NCBI RefSeq assembly: GCF_009914755.1
Contig: NC_060947.1
From: the human T2T-CHM13v2.0 reference genome, Homo sapiens
DNA: 64,000 nucleotides
Reading direction: 5' to 3' (one strand)
Part shown: positions 55,301 to 64,000 of the stretch, piece after piece
How positions within the stretch are numbered: the stretch's first letter is position 1
Layout of the letters: each line of letters opens with the position of its first letter
Notes under the pieces: model-generated
Told to the model about the DNA's origin: nothing
Seen by the model: only the letters and a program-made list of their open reading frames with translations
The model's database searches: none
Made by a program: the position numbers and the translations under genes

Positions 55301-57595
55301 AGTTTCAAAACTGCTCAATCAAAAGGAGGGTTCAACTGTGTGACGTGAATGCAATCATCACTCAGAAGTTTCTGAGAATGCTTCTCTTTAGTTTTTACGT
55401 GAACATATACCCGTTTCGAACGAAGGCCACCCAGTGGTCCAAATATCCACTTGCAGATTCTACAGAAAGAGTGTTTCGAACCTGAACTCTCAAAGGCAGG
55501 TTCATCTCTGCGAGTTAAATGCATTCGTCATGAAGAACTTTCTCAGCGTGTTTGTGTTTAGTTATGGGAAATTATTCCCGTTCCCAACGAAATCCTCAGA
55601 GAGGTCCAAATGTCCACCTGCAGATTCTACCAAAAGTGTATTTGGAAACTGCTCCATCAACAGGCATGTTCAGCTCTGTGAGTGAAACTCCATCATCACA
55701 AAGAATATTCTGAGAATGCTTCCGTTTGCCTTTTATATGAAGTTCCTTCCTATACGACCGTAGGCCTCAAAGCAGTCTAAATCTCCATTTGCAGATTCTA
55801 CAAAAAGAGTGATTCCAATCTGCTCTATCAATAGGATTGTTCAACTCCATGAGTTGAATGCCATCCTCACAAAGTCGTTTCTGAGAATGCTTCTATCTAG
55901 TTTTTATGTGAAGATATTTCCTTTTCCACCACAGGCCTCAAAGCCCTCCAAACGTCCACTTGCAGATTCTCGAAAAAGAGTGTTTCATAGCTGCTCTTTC
56001 AAAAGGAAAGTTCAACTCTGGGAGTTGAATACAAACATCACAAAGTAGTTTCAGAGAATGCTTCTGTTTAGTTCTTATGTGAAGATGATCCCCTTTCCAG
56101 TGAAATCTCCAAAGAGGTCCACATATCCCCTTGCAGATTCCAAAGAAAGAGGGTTTCAAAACTGCTCCATCAAAAGGATTGTTCAACTCTGTGAGTTGAA
56201 TGCAGTCATCGCAGAAAACTTTCTGAGAATGCTTCTGTCTAGGTTTGATGTGAAGATATAGACGTTTCAAACGAAGGCTACAAAGTGGTCAAAATATACA
56301 CTTGCAGATTCTACTACAAGGGTGTTGCAAACCTGAACTATCAAAGCAAGGTTCAACTCTGTGAGTTGAATACAAACATCGCAAAGAATGCTCTGAGTTT
56401 GCTTCCGTTCAGTTATGGGAAGTTGATCCCGTTCCCAACGAAATCCTCAGAGAGGTCCAAATATCCCCTTGCAGATTCTACAAAACGTGTGTTTGGAAAC
56501 TGCTCCATCATAACGAATGTTCAGCTCTCTGAGTTAAACTCCATCGTCACAAAGAATTTTCTGAGAGTGCTACCGTCTAGTTTTTATATGAAGATCTTTC
56601 CTTTACTACCACAGGCCTCAAAGCAGTCCAAATCTCCACTTGCAGATTCTACAAAAAGAGTGTCTGCAAACTGCTCTATCAAAAGGAATGTTCAACTCTG
56701 GGAGTTGAATGCAATCATCACAGAGCAGTTTCTGAGAATGCTTCTATGTCGTTTTTAGGAGAAGATATTTCCTTTTCCAACACAGTCCTCCAAGCCCGCT
56801 AAATATCCACTTGCACATTGTAGAAAAAGTGTGTCGAAGCTGCGCTATCAAAGGGAAAGTTCAACTCTCTGAGGTGAATGCAAACATCCCAAAGAAGTTT
56901 CTGAGAATGCTTCCGTTTAGCTTTTAGGTGAAGATTATCCCGTTTCCAACGAAATCTTCACAGAGGTCCAAATATCCCCTTGCGGATCCCACAGAAAGAG
57001 TGTTTCGAAACTGCTGTTTCAAAAGGAATCTTCAACTCTGTGAGTTGAATGCAATCATCACAAAGAAGTTTCTGACAATGCTTCTCTCTCGTCTTTCTGT
57101 GAAGATAAAGGAAAAGGCTTTCAGGCCTTTTCCACCACAGGCCTGAAAGCGCTCCAAATGTCCACTTGCAGATTCTGCCAAAAGAATATTTCAAAACTGC
57201 TCTATGAAAAGCAATGTTAAACTCTGCGGCTCGAACACAAACATCACAAAGCAGTTTCTGAGAATGCTTCAGTTTAGTTTTTCTGTGGAAATATTCCCGT
57301 TTCCAAAGAAATCTTCAAAGAGGTCCACGTATCCACTTACAGATTCTACAAAAAGACAGTTTCAAAACTGCTCAATCAAAAGGAGGGTTCAACTGTGTGA
57401 CTTGAATGCAATCATCACTCAGAAATTTCTGAGAATGCTTCTCTTTAGTTTTTACGTGAACATATACCCGTTTCGAACGAAGGCCACCCAGTGGTCCAAA
57501 TATCCACTTGCAGATTCTACAGAAAGAGTGTTTCGAACCTGAACTCTCAAAGGCAGGTTCATCTCTGCGAGTTAAATGCATTCGTCATGAAGAAC
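49368..57595. repeat. Two-HOR (4,114 bp) tandem duplication, A-B*-A-B*
   Basis: GTTATGAGAAG occurs only in HOR25 and HOR27 (ORFs 50114, 54228 'SYEKL'). The 110 aa ORF marker is at 51824 and 55938. Confidence 0.85.
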
Positions 57596-60500
57596 TTTCT
57601 CAGCGTGTTTGTGTTTAGTTATGGGAAATTATTCCCGTTCCCAACGAAATCCTCAGAGAGGTCCAAATGTCCACCTGCAGATTCTACCAAAAGTGTATTT
57701 GGAAACTGCTCCATCAACAGGCATGTTCAGCTCTGTGAGTGAAACTCCATCATCACAAAGAATATTCTGAGAATGCTTCCGTTTGCCTTTTATATGAAGT
57801 TCCTTCCTATACGACCGTAGGCCTCAAAGCAGTCCAAATCTCCATTTGCAGATTCTACAAAAAGAGTGATTCCAATCTGCTCTATCAATAGGATTGTTCA
57901 ACTCCATGAGTTGAATGCCATCCTCACAAAGTCGTTTCTGAGAATGCTTCTATCTAGTTTTTATGTGAAGATATTTCCTTTTCCACCACAGGCCTCAAAG
58001 CCCTCCAAACGTCCACTTGCAGATTCTCGAAAAAGAGTGTTTCATAGCTGCTCTTTCAAAAGGAAAGTTCAACTCTGGGAGTTGAATACAAACATCACAA
58101 AGTAGTTTCCGAGAATGCTTCTGTTTAGTTCTTATGTGAAGATGATCCCGTTTCCAGTGAAATCTTCAAAGACGTCCACATATCCCCTTGCAGATTCCAA
58201 AGAAAGAGGGTTTCAAAACTGCTCCATCAAAAGGATTGTTCAACTCTGTGAGTTGAATGCAGTCATCGCAGAAAACTTTCTGAGAATGCTTCTGTCTAGG
58301 TTTGATGTGAAGATATAGACGTTTCAAACGAAGGCTACAAAGTGGTCAAAATATACACTTGCAGATTCTACTACAAGGGTGTTGCAAACCTGAACTATCA
58401 AAGGAAGGTTCAACTCTGTGAGTTGAATACAAACATCGCAAAGAATGCTCTGAGTTTGCTTCTGTTCAGTTATGGGAAGTTGATCCCGTTCCCAACGAAA
58501 TCCTCAGAGAGGTCCAAATATCCCCTTGCAGATTCTACAAAACGTGTGTTTGGAAACTGCTCCATCATAAGGAATGTTCAGCTCTCTGAGTTAAACTCCA
58601 TCGTCACAAAGAATTTTCTGAGAGTGCTACCGTCTAGTTTTTATATGAAGTTCTTTCCTTTACTACCACAGGCCTCAAAGCGGTCCAAATCTCCACTTGC
58701 AGATTCTACAAAAAGAGTGTCTGCAAACTGCTCTATCAAAAGGAATGTTCAACTCTGGGAGTTGAATGCAATCATCACAGAGCAGTTTCTGAGAAGGCTT
58801 CTATGTCGTTTTTAGGAGAAGATATTTCCTTTTCCAACACAGTCCTCCAAGCCCGCTAAATATCCACTTGCACATTGTACAAAAAGTGTGTCGAAGCTGC
58901 GCTATCAAAGGGAAAGTTCAACTCTGTGAAGTGAATGCAAACATCCCAAAGAAGTTTCTGAGAATGCTTCCGTTTAGCTTTTAGGTGAAGATTATCCCGT
59001 TTGCAACGAAATCTTCAAAGAGGTCCAAATATCCCCTTGCGGATCCCACAGAAAGAGTGTTTCGAAACTGCTGTTTCAAAAGGAATCTTCAACTCTGTGA
59101 GTTGAATGCAATCATCACAAAGAAGTTTCTGACAATGCTTCTCTCTCGTCTTTCTGTGAAGATAAAGGAAAAGGCTTTCAGGCCTTTTCCACCACAGGCC
59201 TGAAAGCGCTCCAAATGTCCACTTGCAGATTCTGCCAAAAGAATATTTCAAAACTGCTCTATGAAAAGCAATGTTAAACTCTGCGGCTCGAACACAAACA
59301 TCACAAAGCAGTTACTGAGAATGCTTCAGTTTAGTTTTTCTGTGGAAATATTCCCGTTTCCAAAGAAATCTTCAAAGAGGTCCACGTATCCACTTACAGA
59401 TTCTACAAAAAGACAGTTTCAAAACTGCTCAATCAAAAGGAGGGTTCAACTGTGTGACTTGAATGCAATCATCACTCAGAAGTTTCTGAGAATGCTTCTC
59501 TTTAGTTTTTACGTGAACATATACCCGTTTCGAACGAAGGCCACCCAGTGGTCCAAATATCCACTTGCAGATTCTACAGAAAGAGTGTTTCGAACCTGAA
59601 CTCTCAAAGGCAGGTTCATCTCTGCGAGTTAAATGCATTCATCATGAAGAACTTTCTCAGAGTGTTTGTGTTTAGTTATGGGAAATTATTCCCGTTCCCA
59701 ACGAAATCCTCAGAGAGGTCCAAATGTCCACCTGCAGATTCTACCAAAAGTGTATTTGGAAACTGCTCCATCAACAGGCATGTTCAGCTCTGTGAGTGAA
59801 ACTCCATCATCACAAAGAATATTCTGAGAATGCTTCCGTTTGCCTTTTATATGAAGTTCCTTCCTATACGACCGTAGGCCTCAAAGCAGTCCAAATCTCC
59901 ATTTGCAGATTCTACAAAAAGAGTGATTCCAATCTGCTCTATCAATAGGATTGTTCAACTCCATGAGTTGAATGCCATCCTCACAAAGTCGTTTCTGAGA
60001 ATGCTTCTATCTAGTTTTTATGTGAAGATATTTCCTTTTCCACCACAGGCCTCAAAGCCCTCCAAACGTCCACTTGCAGATTCTCGAAAAAGAGTGTTTC
60101 ATAGCTGCTCTTTCAAAAGGAAAGTTCAACTCTGGGAGTTGAATACAAACATCACAAATTAGTTTCCGAGAATGCTTCTGTTTAGTTCTTATGTGAAGAT
60201 GATCCCGTTTCCAGTGAAATCTTCAAAGTCGTCCACATATCCCCTTGCAGATTCCAAAGAAAGAGGGTTTCAAAACTGCTCCATCAAAAGGATTGTTCAA
60301 CTCTGTGAGTTGAATGCAGTCATCGCAGAAAACTTTCTGAGAATGCTTCTGTCTAGGTTTGATGTGAAGATATAGACGTTTCAAACGAAGGCTACAAAGT
60401 GGTCAAAATATACACTTGCAGATTCTACTACAAGGGTGTTGCAAACCTGAACTATCAAAGGAAGGTTCAACTCTGTGAGTTGAATACAAACATCGCAAAG

Positions 60501-63500
60501 AATGCTCTGAGTTTGCTTCCGTTCAGTTATGGGAAGTTGATCCCGTTCCCAACGAAATCCTCAGAGAGGTCCAAATATCCCCTTGCAGATTCTACAAAAC
60601 GTGTGTTTGGAAACTGCTCCATCATAAGGAATGTTCAGCTCTCTGAGTTAAACTCCATCGTCACAAAGAATTTTCTGAGAGTGCTACCGTCTAGTTTTTA
60701 TATGAAGTTCTTTCCTTTACTACCACAGGCCTCAAAGCGGTCCAAATCTCCACTTGCAGATTCTACAAAAAGAGTGTCTGCAAACTGCTCTATCAAAAGG
60801 AATGTTCAACTCTGGGAGTTGAATGCAATCATCACAGAGCAGTTTCTGAGAAGGCTTCTATGTCGTTTTTAGGAGAAGATATTTCCTTTTCCAACACAGT
60901 CCTCCAAGCCCGCTAAATATCCACTTGCACATTGTAGAAAAAGTGTGGCGAAGCTGCGCTATCAAAGGGAAAGTTCAACTCTGTGAGGTGAATGCAAACA
61001 TCCCAAAGAAGTTTCTGAGAATGCTTCCGTTTAGCTTTTAGGTGAAGATTATCCCGTTTCCAACGAAAGCTTCAAAGAGGTCCAAATATCCCCTTGCGGA
61101 TCCCACAGAAAGAGTGTTTCGAAACTGCTGTTTCAAAAGGAATCTTCAACTCTGTGAGTTGAATGCAATCATCACAAAGAAGTTTCTGACAATGCTTCTC
61201 TCTCGTCTTTCTGTGAAGATAAAGGAAAAGGCTTTCAGGCCTTTTCCACCACAGGCCTGAAAGCGCTCCAAATGTCCACTTGCAGATTCTGCCAAAAGAA
61301 TATTTCAAAACTGCTCTATGAAAAGCAATGTTAAACTCTGCGGCTCGAACACAAACATCACAAAGCAGTTTCTGAGAAGGCTTCAGTTTAGTTTTTCTGT
61401 GGAAATATTCCCGTTTCCAAAGAAATCTTCAAAGAGGTCCACGTATCCACTTACAGATTCTACAAAAAGACAGTTTCAAAACTGCTCCATCAAAAGGAGG
61501 GTTCAACTGTGTGACTTGAATGCAATCATCACTCAGAAGTTTCTGAGAATGCTTCTCTTTAGTTTTTACGTGAACATATACCCGTTTCGAACGAAGGCCA
61601 CCCAGTGGTCCAAATATCCACTTGCAGATTCTACAGAAAGAGTGTTTCGAACCTGAACTCTCAAAGGCAGGTTCATCTCTGCGAGTTAAATGCATTCGTC
61701 ATGAAGAACTTTCTCAGCGTGTTTGTGTTTAGTTATGGGAAATTATTCCCGTTCCCAACGAAATCCTCAGAGAGGTCCAAATGTCCACCTGCAGATTCTA
61801 CCAAAAGTGTATTTGGAAACTGCTCCATCAACAGGCATGTTCAGCTCTGTGAGTGAAACTCCATCATCACAAAGAATATTCTGAGAATGCTTCCGTTTGC
61901 CTTTTATATGAAGTTCCTTCCTATACGACCGTAGGCCTCAAAGCAGTCCAAATCTCCATTTGCAGATTCTACAAAAAGAGTGATTCCAATCTGCTGTATC
62001 AATAGGATTCTTCAACTCCATGAGTTGAATGCCATCCTCACAAAGTCGTTTCTGAGAATGCTTCTATCTAGTTTTTATGTGAAGATATTTCCTTTTCCAC
62101 CACAGGCCTCAAAGCCCTCCAAACGTCCACTTGCAGATTCTCGAAAAAGATTGTTTCATAGCTGCTCTTTCAAAAGGAAAGTTCAACTCTGGGAGTTGAA
62201 TACAAACATCACAAAGTAGTTTCCGAGAATGCTTCTGTTTAGTTCTTATGTGAAGATGATCCCGTTTCCAGTGAAATCTTCAAAGAGGTCCACATATCCC
62301 CTTGCAGATTCCAAAGAAAGAGGGTTTCAAAACTGCTCCATCAAAAGGATTGTTCAACTCTGTGAGTTGAATGCAGTCATCGCAGAAAACTTTCTGAGAA
62401 TGCTTCTGTCTAGGTTTGATGTGAAGATATAGACGTTTCAAACGAAGGCTACAAAGTGGTCAAAATATACACTTGCAGATTCTACTACAAGGGTGTTGCA
62501 AACCTGAACTATCAAAGGAAGGTTCAACTCTGTGGGTTGAATACAAACATCGCAAAGAATGTTCTGAGTTTGCTTCCGTTCAGTTATGGGAAGTTGATCC
62601 CGTTTCCAACGAAATCCTCAGAGAGGTCCAAATATCCCCTTGCAGATTCTATAAAACGTGTGTTTGGAAACTGCTCCATCATAACGAATGTTCAGCTCCC
62701 TGAGTTAAACTCCATCGTCACAAAGAATTTTCTGAGAGTGCTACCGTCTAGTTTTTATATGAAGTTCTTTCCTTTACTACCACAGGCCTCAAAGCGGTCC
62801 AAATATCCACTTGCAGATTCTACAAAAAGAGTGTCTGCAAACTGCTCTATCAAAAGGAATGTTCAACTCTGGGAGTTGAATGCAATCATCACAGAGCAGA
62901 TTCTGAGAATGCTTCTATGTCGTTTTTAGGAGAAGATATTTCCTTTTCCAACACAGTCCTCCAAGCCCGCTAAATATCCACTTGCACATTGTAGAAAAAG
63001 TGTGTCGAAGCTGCGCTATCAAAGGGAAAGTTCAACTCTGTGAGGTGAATGCAAACATCCCAAAGAAGTTTCTGAGAATGCTTCCGTTTAGCTTTTAGCT
63101 GAAGATTATCCCGTTTGCAACGAAATCTTCAAAGAGGTCCAAATATCCCCTTGCGGATCCCACAGAAAGAGTGTTTCGAAACTGCTGTTTCAAAAGGAAT
63201 CTTCAACTCTGTGAGTTGAATGCAATCATCACAAAGAAGTTTCTGACAATGCTTCTCTCTCGTCTTTATGTGAAGATAAAGGAAAAGGCTTTCAGGCCTT
63301 TTCCACCACAGGCCTGAAAGCGCTCCAAATGTCCACTTGCAGATTCTGCCAAAAGAATATTTCAAAACTGCTCTATGAAAAGCAATGTTAAACTCTGCGG
63401 CTCGAACACAAACATCACAAAGCAGTTACTGAGAATGCTTCAGTTTAGTTTTTCTGTGGAAATATTCCCGTTTCCAAAGAAATCTTCAAAGAGGTCCACG

Positions 63501-64000
63501 TATCCACTTACAGATTCTACAAAAAGACAGTTTCAAAACTGCTCAATCAAAAGGAGGGTTCAACTGTGTGACTTGAATGCAATCATCACTCAGAAGTTTC
63601 TGAGAATGCTTCTCTTTAGTTTTTACGTGAACATATACCCGTTTCGAACGAAGGCCACCCAGTGGTCCAAATATCCACTTGCAGATTCTACAGAAAGAGT
63701 GTTTCGAACCTGAACTCTCAAAGGCAGGTTCATCTCTTCGAGTTAAATGCATTCATCATGAAGAACTTTCTCAGAGTGTTTGTGTTTAGTTATGGGAAAT
63801 TATTCCCGTTCCCAACGAAATCCTCAGAGAGGTCCAAATGTCCACCTGCAGATTCTACCAAAAGTGTATTTGGAAACTGCTCCATCAACAGGCATGTTCA
63901 GCTCTGTGAGTGAAACTCCATCATCACAAAGAATATTCTGAGAATGCTTCCGTTTGCCTTTTATATGAAGTTCCTTCCTATACGACCGTAGGCCTCAAAG

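Larger units (their letters stand above)
1..64000 (-). repeat. DXZ1: Centromeric alpha-satellite HOR array, 12-monomer 2,057 bp unit, DXZ1 (human chromosome X centromere); ~31.1 tandem copies
   Basis: The same ORF set recurs every 2,057 bp (271, 2328, 4385, 6442, 8498 ... 61980; one 2,056 step). ~171 bp sub-periodicity with alphoid motifs (TTCTGAGAATGCTT, CTTGCAGATTCTACAAAAAG, GTTCAACTCTGTGAGTTGAATG). CENP-B boxes on the minus strand. Single BamHI GGATCC per unit (1446-1451). A 2.0 kb BamHI 12-mer is the established DXZ1 signature. Confidence 0.96.

Noticed and set aside
271-63913. About 290 short ORFs (63-157 aa) recurring in every unit
   Set aside because: They are translations of alpha-satellite monomers (171 bp = 57 codons gives internal repeats). 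They overlap on both strands, are freely broken or extended by single variants, and show no recognisable domain.
1-64000. CRISPR-like repeat/spacer array or a novel prokaryotic system
   Set aside because: There are no unique spacers and no associated genes; the whole unit is repeated. The sequence is primate alphoid DNA.
1-64000. Transposon insertion (L1/Alu), inversion, or structural HOR variant with a different monomer number
   Set aside because: Spacing is 2,057 bp throughout (one 2,056), orientation is constant, and no foreign sequence or poly-A tail is seen.
1-64000. Computationally simulated centromere model sequence
   Set aside because: Variant linkage persists over 4-8 kb periods with nested mutations, which a short-memory monomer model would be unlikely to generate. 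It looks like a real long-read assembly, though I cannot verify this.

Overview
The whole 64 kb window is one uninterrupted centromeric alpha-satellite higher-order-repeat (HOR) array, with no genes. It holds 31 complete copies plus a 234 bp partial copy of a 2,057 bp unit made of 12 diverged ~171 bp monomers (168,171,171,171,170,168,171,169,171,186,171,170 bp), with one BamHI site per unit. This matches the human X-centromere array DXZ1 (pentamer-based suprachromosomal family 3). CENP-B boxes read on the minus strand throughout. All ORFs in the track are repeat artefacts. I found no new protein-coding system; the signals of interest lie in the variant structure. (1) Two paralogous CENP-B boxes per HOR carry the same substitution at the essential A10 position in almost every copy, leaving about 2 intact boxes per HOR. 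(2) Single-nucleotide variants reveal hidden super-HOR periodicities of 4,114 bp and 8,228 bp, with chimeric units that map unequal-crossover breakpoints. (3) The two ends of the window share rare variants across ~50 kb, flanking a different central haplotype. (4) The 186 bp monomer contains a templated inverted insertion that can form two mutually exclusive hairpins. HOR numbering used: HOR1 starts at 1, HOR2 2058, HOR3 4115, HOR4 6172, HOR5 8228, then every 2,057 bp to HOR31 at 61710. Monomers M1-M12 are numbered in + strand order from position 1. Variant tallies were made by eye.
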